Part shown: positions 30,040 to 46,300 of the stretch, piece after piece | Numbering within the stretch: position 1 is the first letter of the stretch | Layout: every line of letters begins with the position of its first letter | DNA from: the human T2T-CHM13v2.0 reference genome, Homo sapiens | Assembly: GCF_009914755.1 (NCBI RefSeq) | Contig: NC_060937.1 | Strand: one strand, 5' to 3' | DNA: 64,000 nucleotides | Position numbers and translations under genes: made by a program | Notes under the pieces: generated by a model | Told to the model about the DNA's origin: nothing | The model's database searches: none | What the model saw: only the letters and a program-made list of their open reading frames with translations

Positions 30040-31699
30040 GTAGGTATGAAAGGCTGTTAATATGTGTGGAGTGGCTAACTGGTTGTTAAATGCTGAGTAT
30101 GGGAGGACTCTTCTAAAGGTTTCAGCGGATGGGGGTGGAGGTAGCAGTTGCATCTGCCTGCAGGGATTTACTTATAATGCCATTGTTCAGAGACAGGAGT
30201 AATGCTTGAGGTGTTACATTTGAGATTGTTATATTTTGGAGGCAAGATGTCCTTTTTGTATACGAGCCTGTGGAACAGGCAGCCAGGATACAATGGAATT
30301 TTTCTGTGCACTTAACTTTCACTAAAAGATTTGGTATGACACTGCAGTAAAATTGCTGCTCTGTAAAAACAGCTAGTATATATTTGAAAAATAATTAATA
30401 GCATCATATTTAATATTATAGTAGAAGTGGGATTTATGCATGATTTCTTCTAAATATTAATGTTAATGCCCTTACTTGTTTTGTTTTAAACATTGCAGTA
30501 GACCTAAAAGCAGTTTTTTTCTTCATTTTTGGCTTAGCCTTGTTCAACATGTAAAAGATAAAATATTTTTCCTTTTTGTTTATAAATTTAAAAACAGGAC
30601 ACCGTATGTTAACTGACATTAAATGGGTCCAAATTGCATGCCACTGCTTTTCCTTTATCAGACAATAACACAGTTACATTAGTTCTAACATAACATTTTA
30701 AGCAATATTGTACAACATTTCCAAAAAACTAGTGAGAGGAAACATCCATGACACAGAGTTAATTACATGCATTTTGGATATCGGCTCTTTAATTTTTTTT
30801 AGTGAAGGTAGGAGAAGTTAACTTGTGAGTGGTAAAGGCACAACATATTGCTCTAATCAAGGAGAAAGATTTTGTTTACTAAAGATTTGGGAGATTGAGT
30901 TGCTTGCTAATTATTCCACTGCACTATCTCTAATGAAATTACTAGAAGTTTACATATGATAGCCTTCTGTTTCTAGGAAAAAAAAATCCTGTTAGTCATT
31001 ATTTTACCCCTTACTTTTGTGGTTTATAAAGCGTGCATTAAGGAACTTTTTTTTTCCTCCCAAGGAATTTTTTTTAGTGTATAACAAGCATACAAGATAA
31101 ATGATTAAATTTATGGTTTCAGGTATTTGGAAAAGGTTGCATCATTATAGGACTCATATGAAATGCTAAATATTTCTATTGTATGGCATCCCTTGAGGAT
31201 GTTACTGACCGTTAGTGTATTTTGGCTGAACAGACCACTCCCACAGTCTCATGAACATGTTGACTCCTTTTTCACTCATTGCCTTTCTTGCTCATAATAA
31301 AGTTTATAGTGAAGTTAACTTTATAGTACAGTTAGTAAAGTTTTAGGTATTAAACTTTACTATAAAGGCATCAGAAACAACTAATCTGCTTCTGTGAATT
31401 GGTAGATTTATTACCATCTTAGATTATAAATTTCTGGTGAGCATGTATTAAGTGAATTTTATGTCTTTGTACATTTCCATAACTAAGAATTTAATAAAAC
31501 CTAAAATATTTTTTAAATGAGCTGGTATCTAAATGAATAAGCCCATATGAGCCAAGAATTTAATAAATATTTACATGTTGATAAAATCAAACACCAGCAA
31601 GACTGAAAAAGATTTCACTTATTCACTTAACTCATCATTGAATAAATGTTTATTGAGCTTCTGTTGTAAACACTGTACTAGAAGCCCTTTGCTTGCTAT

Positions 31700-31925
31700 A
31701 TATAGATCTTGGAACTGTATATAGTTACCATATGTATTTTATAATGGCATATATATACCATCACATATATTTTATAATGCATATATAATGCATATGCATA
31801 TATATGCATATGTATATTAGTATATACATATGTATGTGTATATATTTTATAATAGAATGCATACTATAATGTATATTGTACTTGTGTATAGGTATATAAT
31901 TTTATAGTATAATGCATATTATATT
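31700..31925. repeat. (TA)/(ATGCAT)-rich low-complexity tract
   Basis: atatataatgcatatgcatatatatgcatatgtatat... Confidence 0.85.
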
Positions 31926-32344
31926 AACAAAGACACCTGTAAGATTAGACTGTCCTTCAAGTCACCCTCTGCATCATGTAATCCCCAAGGGGACCCTGGC
32001 GGGGAACAGCTATAACTTTAATTTGCGATGTTTATTTGTCAAAAGATGGCAGTTGCTGGCACTGTCTTTGGCAGACCCCCCACCACGTCCAGTTTGCATA
32101 GTCTTCAGTGTCCCTTTATGTTGGGTCCCTGTGTAATGCATTTGCCAATTCAGCTGCAGAAAACATCACCATGGTGTTCTTCTCTTGCCCTTGGTGTTTG
32201 ACTTAAATATGATTCTAATAAAATAGCTCAAGAAGCTGGTTTGTCGTTTCTGGCAGGGCTCAGTCTAATGCCCAGATAACAGTATGGGAAATACTACTAG
32301 CTCCTTAGCCTCCAGAGCCTTTTGACCATGACCCACAGTAAGAA

Positions 32345-32586
32345 CCACACTTTGCATTGTGACCCAGAACTCACACACATACATATCTGTAGACACAGAC
32401 AGAGTCTGAAAACAACAGCTTTGTGAAACAGTGCTTCCCTCCTCACTGTGCAGGATGCCACCAATCTGCTATTTTTCTCTTCTCCTGTTTTCTGTTCTAT
32501 TTCATCAAAATCAGGCTGGTCGGCACCCACTAAATTATTTTCATGATCCAGTAACGGGCCAGAGTCTGCACTTTAACGAACTCTGC
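32345..32586. mobile_element. hAT-Charlie family MER fragment
   Basis: gctggtcggcacccactaaattattttcatgatccagtaacggg...gcactttaacgaactctg resembles Charlie-type termini. Confidence 0.55.
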
Positions 32587-32839
32587 TTTAAAGATTCCAA
32601 CAGCTAGGCATTCACAACATACCCTTAGTCACGTTCTCAGCAGAAATGACATACTGTCATCCTTGACATACTGTTCTACTCCTGAGCATAATTGGCGCTT
32701 TATTTGTCAGAGTATTGCTTTGTTGCAGAAAGAGCTCTTCTGGTAGTTCTGATGCGAGTCTTGGGTTGAATGTAAGGTTTCTAAGCTGGAGACAATGCAT
32801 GACCTTGTACATATTAACACTTCCTTACTCCTTAAAGCA

Positions 32840-33510
32840 GTTAAGTATTTGTTGAGTACTTGATATTAAGCCTAGTACTGTGCTAGAAGGTGATGCTACA
32901 GGACGAATAAAGAAAATTCCTTGCCCTTGTTGCAGTTAAGTGTAGTGGGGGAGACAGATAGGAAATGCGTATATAATATGTCATAGTATGTCAAGAGGCA
33001 GCCAGAACCCTGGATGACAGTAAAGATGATACAAACTGTTAGCAGAGGGGAGTACCAAGGAGTGGCTGGCCAGAACAGACTCTCATAATCCTAGAAGGAA
33101 GTGAGCATGTGAGCCATCACCACATTCCCCCCACCATTCATAAATTCCTACAACCCCTCTGCCCCAGTTCTCTTCCACTTTGAAGGTTTCCCTGACTGTC
33201 TCTATCAACAGTTATTTCTAGTTCTCAGCTTAAGTGTCACTATCCCAAAGTCCTGCCCCAACCCCCACAATCACAGATATGTCCCCCCTGCATCTCTCCT
33301 GCAGCAGCCATTGTAGCACTTCTCACTTTGCAATTATAGTCCTGTGTGTTTTTATTCTATCATGCCTCTCTCCCTGCACACTGTCAGCTGTGTGAAGCTA
33401 CGAGCCATGCCTATTTTGTTCCCCCAGCAGATAGCCCAATACCCCAAGTACACTGGGCCTTCAGTAAATAGTCAATATGTGAATAAATGAACAAATTAGT
33501 GAATGAATAC
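32840..33510. mobile_element. L2 fragments (a minus piece, then a plus piece)
   Basis: aagtatttgttgagtact...ccttgcccttg...gggggagacaga; then ctgtcagctgtgtgaag...cagtaaatagtc...gtgaatgaat. Confidence 0.65.
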
Positions 33511-34139
33511 TCTCCTAAATTCGTGTGCTCATCCATTGGCTGTTCAACCTGGCTGTTCAACCTTTGGCTGTTCAACCTAGTGGCATACTGTGACTGAATA
33601 GATTGAACTTTAAAAATCTTCCAAGCTGTCTTTTTGAATCTATCTTCATATTCTCCACAGAACTTTGCAGAATGCCTTATACTAAGGTCTTAATGAAAAT
33701 TCTTTATTTAATGATTTGATTAATTGATCACACTCATAGTCTTTTGAAGCGAAAATAGTTCTGAAAGGGCCGTAATCATGTCATATGATAAAAGATGCCT
33801 ATGTAAATGACACCTCCACTCATCCTTGCTGTGTGTTATGCCTGTAAATACTCAGGCCAACATTCAGTTATGCAGACAGTTCAGTTACTCAAACCTATGT
33901 GATTGAACCTGAATTACAGATGGTGTTCAATTCTTTAATATAGTAATTTATTTTTCAAATTGAGGTTCTAAGATGGCATTCCTTTATTATTGCCATTGTA
34001 AAATATAGGAAACTTTTTATAAATGAGTCTTATCTTTTAAAAAATATTTATTATGAAGTGTTAAACCCAAAAGGAGAAAAAATTAGGATAATATGTAACA
34101 TATTGCCATCACTCAAATTCTACAGTTATCAAGATTTAG

Positions 34140-34779
<640 letters not shown>

Positions 34780-36825
34780 CTTGTTTCTCTTTGTTAAAGT
34801 ATTATGAATCAAATATAGACATCATTTCATTGAACCCCATATAATCAGTATGCATTCTAGGAAATATAGATATTTTCTCATCTACCCACAATACTATTAT
34901 CACATCTAATAAAATTGACCGTAATTCTTTGCTATCACCTAATATCCAGTCCATACTCAAGTTTTTTATAATCCTAAAAGGTCTTTTAACAATTGGTTTG
35001 CTTAAATCGGGGTTCAAACAAGGTCCACGTATTACATTTGGTTGTTTTATCTCTTCCCTTGACCTGTAGAAACTGGTACAGTTTTCCTATAGAACGAACC
35101 TACTTCTGGATTAGCTATTTTGCTTCCTTATGGTGGTAACATTAACTTGTTCTGTATCTGCATTGTCTCTTGTGAATGCACATTAGCTCTAATGTTTTGA
35201 AAGCATGATGAATGTGGTCACAGGGCAATATATGGTTCCCCCTGGTCATAGGTTATACTCCAAAGTCATTTCTGTTCCATTACTATGATAGAATAGAACT
35301 GTGTCACTCCCAGGTATACATCCCTAACAGTTTTCAGTGTGTAGGTACAAGAACTCTGACCAATATATTGCCACAGGTTGGGGATTTTGAGAAAGCTTCT
35401 AGAGTCAGTGTTCTAAAGCCACTTCTTCAGCACCTTAATCATCATAACAAGTGCAGGTCTGTTTGTGTAAGATGTAGGATCTTTTTTTCTGTTTTAACAG
35501 GCACCAGACAGGTTCCTGCCTTCATTAGTCTTCTCATGGTAGGTGCAGTCATCTTTTAGTTTGTGTTGTCCTTCCAAGCAGCCGCTTTTTCTCCCAATTT
35601 ACACAGCAACATGAGATCAGCATTCTTTCCAGAAACCCACTGGCTCCCAGTGGCCCTCAAAATAAAGTTCACATTCATTGGTTTGCCATTTAAGACCTTA
35701 GTTCTAATGCTAATAAGTATTTTAAAACCTACATTTTTACAGGACTTAAGAGTTTATTAAGTTTTTCATATATGCTCTTCTTTATTTCATCTAGCAAATA
35801 CTGTATTATAGAATTGGTTGGGTTCAGGTCCACAAATATTAAGTGAGCACAGTTATTTACTTAATTGTGCCATGCACGGTGCTAAGTGCTGGTAATAAAG
35901 ACAAGAGATAGTCTTGTTTTTGAGGACTCTGCAGTTCCTTGGTGAAGACAAATTTGAACAGATATACTAAGACCAAGGATGTGTGGTAGGAGGGTGACAG
36001 GAGGAGGGGGTAAGAAGAGACACTTGGCAGATGCCTCTCTGTACCTGCCATGCCATTCCATTTGCCCGAGTTGCCCCTTTCTCTTCCCTACGTATCAGAA
36101 TCCTACCTATCCTTTAAGACCTGGGTCAAATGCCACCTATTCCCCAGTGTCCACCTACTCCGTGGCCCAGAACAGAGACTAGGCCTAATGCGGGGTTAGG
36201 TTAGACACAAGTCAGACTTTCAGTTCGTTTTTTTTTCTTAATGTTAACAAAAGTCTTGAGTTTACAGGTAGGAATAAAGACAGGCTTCCCCACTGTCTGC
36301 CTGCAGTTTAGGGAGTTTCCAGGCTTAAAATTTAATGAAACCAGAGAAGTGAAGATACAACTGGAAAGGTCAGGATTATTTGTCAAGCTTTACTCTGTAG
36401 AGAGGATAGATGATAGAATCTCCCTAACTCATATAATTTAAGGGAAGGCAAGTGTTAATTGTTAAGTGTTTGAACTGCAGAGATTTTGAACAAATGATGT
36501 TTTCATACATTTTCAGGGCATACTTTTATATTTCATAGAATAGTAGAGGTTGAAAGGACAATCTAACCTAGCCTCTTTAAGAATAACAGGTAAGGACGCT
36601 GAAGCCCAGTTGGTCCAAGTTCCTTCCCCAAGGTCACCTGAGAGCCACATTAGAGCTTAGACCTTGGACTCTGAGTTCAGTGTTCTTTCCACTATATTTT
36701 ACCTACAAAATGTTAACTTTGTTGGAGTTAATGAAGCATATCAGTTTTTCTATAGGCAGATAAGATTAGAAACAATTTTATTAACTGATTAAATTGCCCT
36801 CCTTTTCCTTCCTATTTATTTCCAT

Positions 36826-36988
36826 CAGTGGTGTCAGTGTGTGGTCCCAGGGCAGCAGCACCAGCATCACCTGGGGACTGGTTAGAAATGCAGACTCTCC
36901 AGTCTCACCCCAGACTCTGACACTGAATTGGGGTAAGAGGTGTCCAACCTTTCAGGTGACTGTGATGTGCTAAAGACTGAGCACCAGT
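36826..36988. mobile_element. MER5A
   Basis: cagtgtgtggtcccagggcagcagcaccagcatcacctggggactggttagaaatgcaga. Confidence 0.85.
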
Positions 36989-37787
36989 AATTCAAATTGT
37001 AAGTCAGCAGATGTTTTTTTGAAGTTAAGATTTAAAAATTCAAGGTCTTGTCCAAATAATCTACACATTTTGAATTTGTAGAGTTCACATTAATGATATT
37101 TTGCGGCATAAAATGAGCAAGCAGAAGAAGAAATTAGAAAAGAGAAGAAAATGAAAAAAGGGAGAAGAGCCAGCAAAGGACACCTGAATGAGAGCAGTTG
37201 GTCACTTCTCTTAGGGAGAAAAAGGAAGTTGAAATTCAGGATTATCCTGCCTCTAGCAGGTTATTCGATCTCCTTTTGGTGAGAAAGGACCTTGAAATGT
37301 CAATGTAACCTCATCTTCCTTTGCGCACGGATCTTGGCAGACATTCTTTCAGGCTCTGATGACAGTACCTACTTTGAAAATCAGGGGAACGTCCATGTAA
37401 TCGCATCTTAGCAGATGACAGACATTTATAAAGGAAATCACTGAAGTGTTACTGTCATATCTCTCAGATAAAATACTGGAAGGCAGAGGAAGACAGAAAA
37501 GAAAACAGGGCAGACACTTGATGCTAACTTTCTCTTTATTGAACTGCTTCACTCTCTCCAAGGTATTCAGTCTGGGGAGACCAGAGACAAAAATGGTTTT
37601 GAGAGAACATAGACTGAAGTAAGCAAAGAACTGTGCCTTCAAGTAGACTTGCTCTTTGTTAGGATAACAGGCAGTTAAAATTTATATCATCAATGTATCT
37701 AGGAAAGAATAGTCTTTAGGTCTTTCTAAGGTATGTGTGTCATTAATCAGATCTCATATATTTTTATGGATCCTCCATGTTCAATTC

Positions 37788-38088
37788 TTTTTTTTTTTTT
37801 TTTTTTTGAGACTGAGTCTCGCTCTGTCGCCCAGGCTGGAGCGCAGTGGCCTGTTCTCGGCTCACTGCAAGCTCCGCCTGCCGGGTTCACGCCCATTCTC
37901 CTGCCTCAGCCTCCCAAGTAGCTGGGACTAGAAGCACCCGCCACCACACCGGGCTAATTTTTGTATTTTTAGTAGAGACGGGGTTTCACTGTGTTAGCCA
38001 GGATGGTCTCGATCTCCTGACCTCGTGATCCACCCGTCTCGACCTCCCAAAGTGCTGGGATTACAGGCATGAGCCACCACGCCTGGCC
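37788..38088 (-). mobile_element. AluY
   Basis: Y diagnostics (gttagccaggatggtctcgatctcctgacctcgtg). TSD atgttcaattcttttt on both sides. Confidence 0.95.
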
Positions 38089-38419
38089 CATATGTTCAAT
38101 TCTTTTTCGTACTCCTAGCCTTTCCCAAAGTCCCTCTAACGGCTAAAAAGTGCATTTTCATTCACGAGGGCAGAGAACACAGAGGGAGAGACCTTCATGG
38201 CCTAAGGATATATTAGTCTTTCCGGAAAGTATACAACTATTCTAATCATAGGAAACCCCATTCTCCAAATTACAACGTTTATGTTGTATTTTGTCATACC
38301 CTGAAGTCCCAAAACTAGCTTACACCAGAGCAAAACCTATGGGTAAGGGGACAGTCTTCAACATAGGCAGCTGATTTGTTTTAAAAGACAGTCTGGGAAT
38401 GGTGTGATACCACTATACC

Positions 38420-38589
38420 AGCGAATGAGGAATGGATACAGAAACTGTGGTATATACATACAATGGAATATTATTCAGCCTTAACAAGGAAGGAAATCCT
38501 GCCATATGCAACAACACAGATGAACTTTGAAGACATTATGCTAAGTGAAGTAAACCAGTCACACAAGGACAAATATTGCATGATTCCAC
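38420..38589 (+). mobile_element. L1MB-like 3' end, left part
   Basis: gaatggatacagaaactgtggtatatacatacaatggaatattattcagcc...gacattatgctaagtgaa. Confidence 0.85.
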
Positions 38590-38591
38590 TA

Positions 38592-40516
<1,925 letters not shown>

Positions 40517-40810
40517 GCATGATTCCACGTATATGCAGTATCTAAAATGGGTAGATTCATGGAATCCAAACGTAGAATGGTGGTTGCCTGGGGCAGGGGG
40601 ACAGGGAAATTGGGAGTTGCTAATCAGTGGATATAAAGTTTTAGTTAAGCAAAATGAATAAGCTCTAGTGATCTGCTATACAATTGTATGTATAGCCTAA
40701 CAATAATATATTATACACTTAAAAATTTGGTAAGAGAGTAGATCTTCTGTTAACAAAATAAAATAAAAATTATTTTTTAAAAACACAAAAATATATTTAA
40801 AAAATAAAAG
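40517..40810 (+). mobile_element. L1MB-like 3' end, right part
   Basis: Continues the left part: gtagaatggtggttgcctgggg...gatctgctatacaa...tacacttaaaaatttggtaagagagtagatct plus A-rich tail. Confidence 0.85.
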
Positions 40811-40849
40811 ACAGGGCGATATGGGAAGCTCACAAGATAACGTCATCAC

Positions 40850-40985
40850 ATTCATGGGTCAGATCCTGAGTTGACCACTCTGTAACCTGGGACAAGCCCC
40901 TTAACCTCTCTGAATCTGTATGGTCTTATCTGTAAAAGGGAGATTGGCCTTCTAGGATTATTTTAAGAATTAAAGATACTAATTC
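40850..40985 (+). mobile_element. MIR
   Basis: gtaacctgggacaagccccttaacctctctgaatc...atctgtaaaaggg. Confidence 0.7.
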
Positions 40986-42400
40986 GTCTGGAGATATCAT
41001 GTAGATTCTGAAACTTGAAGGAACACAATGTGAGAACTGTAGGAGAATTAAAGTGTAAGTGAAAGGAGGAATGTATATAATCCATAAAAATGGGAGGAAT
41101 ATTTCACATTATCAGAATTTTATGGAAATTAATCAGAAATTAATTAAGCTTGCCTTTGGTTATACTTTTCTTCCAATGCAAAAATTGTTTTTCGGTATTT
41201 TTTTTTACATGATATTCTTTTCTTGGCCCACTTTAAAATAAGTAATTATTTAAGAATCATCTATCACTTCGTTAAGCAATCTTTTTGTGTTGCTGAAACT
41301 ATTGATTTTTTTTGTCCCAACATTTTTGATTTCTTAATATTCTTCAGAAGAAAATAATTCTTTCTGTCTTGTTTGGTTGTTTCTTTTTCTTTTTATCCCA
41401 ATTTACTTTACATGACTTTCAGGGTTTCTGGCCATTTGAGTATTTGCAGTACCTTTTTACATGCCATTTCTTAAGTTCCCTCATACTTGCTTTAATGGAC
41501 AATTTGTTATTGCTCTATACACAGAGTGACATGTTCGCAAAGAAGCTGCATCACCCTTTATGTTTTATGAAATGTTCCTGTACTGCTGGTAAACAAATTA
41601 AGTCTTAGGAGAAAAGGCATTTGAGAGGGAAAGTGTGATTCTAAAGAAAGATCCCAGCTCTTGTTTACTAACAGGGTTTGCCTTCAGAACCTGAAAAATG
41701 AATGAAGTATTGAGAACTGGCAGAAAGAATAATTTATGTACAACCATGAACAAAGAAATCTCATAATTTACTCCTTTGTTGAACGATAAGATTACATTGA
41801 TCTCTATAAAGTTAAGTTGTTTAATCAGATCACCTTTCTATGATGAGTTCTACTTTGAATATTTGGTTACCACATATAATCCCAGGAGCACTTAAAAGAA
41901 AAAGGAAGCCATTTTTTATTTCAAATACTCTGGGTAAAATTCCAGTAATGGGAGCAGCAGTAAAAGCAATGAGTGTTGAAAAATTAGCTCTGTGCTTGTC
42001 TGTCTTTGCAAGTTGGTGAAAAAGCAGGCCAAACATCTCTGCTTCCTGAGGAATGGAGTACTTTGTACAGGAAGATGGGAAAGCAGTGTGATCATTGGGC
42101 ATTTTAGTTCATGCCCTTCACAGGCTGGTTAAAATTCTCATCTCCACCGGAATTGGCACACAGATATGGGGCAGGCCAAATGCATGGATCAGGAAAACAG
42201 ATTCTGCCCGAGCCATGTGTGCCTGGATTTTCTTAGACACCAAGAATACACACAGTGTTCATTCCTTCCTGCGGCAGCCCCAGACTGTAGCACCTGAATG
42301 CCTGTAGGCAGATAGAGAAGAGCAGGTCCCTCTAGCCACTTACTCTGTTTAATTTTTCCTTGTTCTTTTAGAATTTATTGTAGTCTGACAGTGTGGTATT

Positions 42401-42442
42401 TGTGTGTATGTGGGCGGGTGTGTGTGTGTGTGTGTGTGTGTA
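42401..42442. repeat. (TG)n microsatellite
   Basis: Direct reading. Confidence 0.9.
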
Positions 42443-43454
42443 TGCACATGAAATGCTGGTTATGTTACCCCACCTCAGTACAACATAAGCTCCATTAGAG
42501 TAGGAACTATCACTTTGTTCACCAGTATCTTCCCAGTGCCTGGAACAGTGCCTGAAGCCTAGTCACTCATTAAATAAGTATTGGTTGAAATGAATGAGTA
42601 AGTCAGTGAACAATAGCTTCTAATGAAAGATGGTATTACTTCTCTGAAAATCTGATTGAGAAAACCAGTTGCTTTCCTGTAACATCTACGCCACCATTAG
42701 CCTCTAGGGCTCTTATATGAGGACGCTCATTTCATTTCAGTGTTATAATAAAAATGTAGCTGAACTATGAGCTGTGGAGGTGTTTATATTGGTGCTACAG
42801 TTAGGAGGGTAGTCTGTCCTGGAAATGTTGGTAACTTAGGGAAATTGTACTGAAGATTTAAACCAGCTAAGAGCAACCAGCCTAAAAATTAAGCTATAAG
42901 TCAGTGAAGTTGGGGGAAAAATAGTCAGTCATGTTCAAAAAGATCATCAGTCTGAATAGATATGCAGTCCGAAATAGATTTAATAAACGGAAAATGAATG
43001 GGCCCTAAAAGTATAAAATAGACTTCTCATAATTTAAGGAATGGGCCCTGCTTAATATAAAAGATAGAGACCCAGTGAACACGGGAAAACACTTCCTGAA
43101 GTCATCCAACAAAATCAATTAGGAACAGAATTTGGAATAAAAATAACAAAAGAACATTAACAAAACTCATTTAAGACAAAAGAAGGCAATGGAGAAAAAA
43201 ATTAGAACGTGTTAAAACCAAGATTAAAATGTAAATGAGAAAATATAAAGAGAAGACAAATTTCAAACGGATTCAATAATTAGAAACCTAATTAATATAT
43301 AAAAGTAATGCTCTTCTCCTCCACTCCACACCAGCCCCCACCACAGGAGCACTGGTTTGAATGACTTTTTAGAGACATTGAGCTGTTATATGACGATAGA
43401 AAGGACGAAGGAAAGGAGAATAAAGGCAGATGGAGTTGGAGCTAAAAAATTCAT

Positions 43455-43545
43455 CACATGGATGCCACTGAACCATACACTTGAAAAAGACTAAGATGGT
43501 AAATTTTGTCTACTTTACCACAATTAAAAATAAATAAAAACAGAT
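43455..43545 (+). mobile_element. L1M 3'-terminal fragment
   Basis: gccactgaaccatacacttgaaaaagactaagatggtaaatttt...tttaccacaattaaaaa. Confidence 0.7.
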
Positions 43546-45589
43546 TTTAAAAAAGTCATTATATGCAAAAAATTTTAATGGGGGTTTTTAATACAACAAA
43601 TTAAGCAACAGGAACAATTGTTTCTTCAACAAGTATTTGGATGGGGAAGATGTGATAAAGATTCTGTCAGGATCCTTTCATTGGGAGAGATCCCTATTTC
43701 CAGAGACCTGGCATGAAGAGAAGGCTGACCCTTGGGGCAGCTGGATGGCACTGGCAGGCAGGGCCCAGACCAAGCCAGGTGGAGGAGACCATACTGACCT
43801 GGACCCTGAAAGGTAGGAGGATTTGCTTGCAGGACTGGGTAAAAAGCAAGGAAAGCACCCCAGGTAGAGAGAAGTTGATTCAGTCATTGCATTTGCAAAC
43901 CTGGAAAATGGGGCCTCAGTGTGGCTAGTACTGAATCCATGTTTTATTTTGTTTTTTCAATCAAAAATAAATTTCAGTTAAAAATCAGACCTATGAAGGA
44001 ATAGATTTAATTCTTGAGAGCTAAATTCTTAGAGGCAGCAAATTTTTCCCTTTTATACACCAAAAGTTTTTTTAGTTTTATCTTTTTGAAATGGAAACCT
44101 TTGGAAATTTATATTAGTCTTTTTCCCACCTTTTTTACCTTTCTGTGAGACTTAAGGTCATCATAATGAACATAAATTGTGACAGCAGTCAAAGCCCTCA
44201 AGCCTGTGAGACTGTCATATTCAGCCAACTGCATTTTTAAGTTCTGGCAGCTTTCTAAATTATGCAATTTTGTTTCTTCTTTTGCTACTAGCATTTCTAC
44301 CCATAGAAGTTACACCCCTCCCTTGTAATTTTCTGTTTCCAGACTACTGTGAATTTAGAAACTAGACAAATTATCTTATGTATAGATTAAGGGCAAGCAA
44401 ATGCTGTGAGAGGGTCTGATGATTTTCTTTCTAATGATAATGCTCTAATATTTACACTAGTGTGGACTTTGTGACTCAAATTTGACTACCGGGGAACATG
44501 AGTTTCCTGGTCTGCACTATATTGTCACCAAATAACTCAAGTATTGAAAGGTGCCATGTCCTAATGTTTACTTTTGAAATTATCCTGAGGCTAGGATTTG
44601 CCATGAATTAATTAGGGTAGGATGAAGAGGGTTACTGAAACTTGGAAGTGGACCTAGTTCAAGTACACTTACCCCATTAACTTTCATGCATCTCCAGATG
44701 CCTACGCTGATCTGTGTTTGAAACTCAGAATGATGAGTGACACCCCACCTTGAATCATTTTCTGCTGTGGTACAGGGCTCTGCTGGGCTAGGATAGTTCC
44801 AGCTCAGTAAGGCTGTTCATATAGTTTTATCTTTTTCAATATCACATTTGTATTCACAAAGATGTCTGGCTTTGAAGTACAGGTGAATAATATTTTTTAT
44901 GATAGCAGTGAATTGGCTCTTCAGCTGTTTAAATGGAGGATTTGTCTGAGAGGTTTTCTGGTATCTGAATTTCATCTCTCTAGTTCAAAATGCAGCCTTG
45001 TAGGAGGACTGTCAGAGGTCACTCTCATGAAAATGTTTTCACTGTAGTTAAGACTTTTAGGCCCCAGAGTCATGCAATTATGGATCTTGTCTTGCAATAA
45101 CTGTATATATTATATCAACCCAATTATTGCTGTCATCTAGAAATGGATCAAATCCTGTGGAAACCCAAAGATAATAAAAAGTCATACTCCAAATAGACAT
45201 TTTAGGTTTATATCCCAGTCTCTGGTTCTGTGGCATGATGCCTTTGATACCTGAGGAAGATATCTTGAGACATTATGTCCTTCTCTAAGCTGGTGTTGGG
45301 GAGGTGTCCTACTTCCACAAGGTGCCTGCACTGGGGAAGTAGGAGGTGAAGCAGAGGAGTGGCCAGGACCTCATTTTCATCACTTGATTTTCAATATGCC
45401 CCTTTGGAATAAATAGTGCCTTTTAGTGAACTGCTTGCGGTACCATTTAATTAATGACTCTTCTATCACAACTACTGCATCCTTTCTTAAAAGACTCTGA
45501 CATATTGCATCTCCTTATGTAGTTCCTATTCCCAGGAATCCCTTTAAGACCTGCAGAAATAAAGTCAGGGGACATTTTCAGTTAGTTAT

Positions 45590-46300
45590 TTAAGGAGATT
45601 TATTGAGTATTATCTGTGCAAAGAACTTTGTATGACATCTGGGAGTCTACAGTCTTATTAGGGAACTTTTAGGAGATATAGCTAGAAGAGTATATGGTTT
45701 AATTACAGGGCCGACCCTAGACAAAAACCTTGTCTCCAATCAATAATTACTTTACTTAGCAGCAGTCTATTGAGCCTTTCATAGGTAATGTAGGATATAC
45801 ACGACAAAGCAAAACACCAAACAGTTTGGGTTAAATGTTCAACTCTTGTAAAGCAAACTGATCAGTGAGGACTGGCCTAGTGGAGGTAGGTGTTACGGAG
45901 ATGAGACTAGAAGTGGCTCTGAAAGAAGAGGAGGAAGAGATGGGCAGAAAAGAATGGAAAGGAGCTGCAGAAAAGAAAGAAGGAAGAATAAGTGAAGCCA
46001 GTGTGCTCACAGGCCAATGAGGGCATCAGCAGGACTTGGGTGAGGGTGTGGAGGCAAACTACTAAAGGCCCTCAAAACCAAGCCAGGGTGCTGAGGCTGG
46101 ATGATGGTAATTGAGAGCTATTGAAAGTTTTGAGCAGAAAAGTGTTATGATTAAAGCCATGCAAAAGAAAGATTAGTCTGATATGGAAAACAGATGAAAT
46201 AATGTCCGCAAAGAAGTTATTAAAATAATCTAGCCATAGGTCTCCAAGGGCTTGGATAGGATGCGGCCAGGGGGAATGGAAAGGAAACGAGATAATATGC
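45590..46300 (-). mobile_element. L2 fragments
   Basis: tttattgagtattatctgtgcaaag...; gagctattgaaagttttgagcagaaaagtgttatgattaaagc. Confidence 0.6.

Noticed and set aside
31700-31925. AT-rich self-complementary stretch as a miRNA hairpin
   Set aside because: Low-complexity TA/ATGCAT repeats fold trivially; there is no evidence for a defined precursor.
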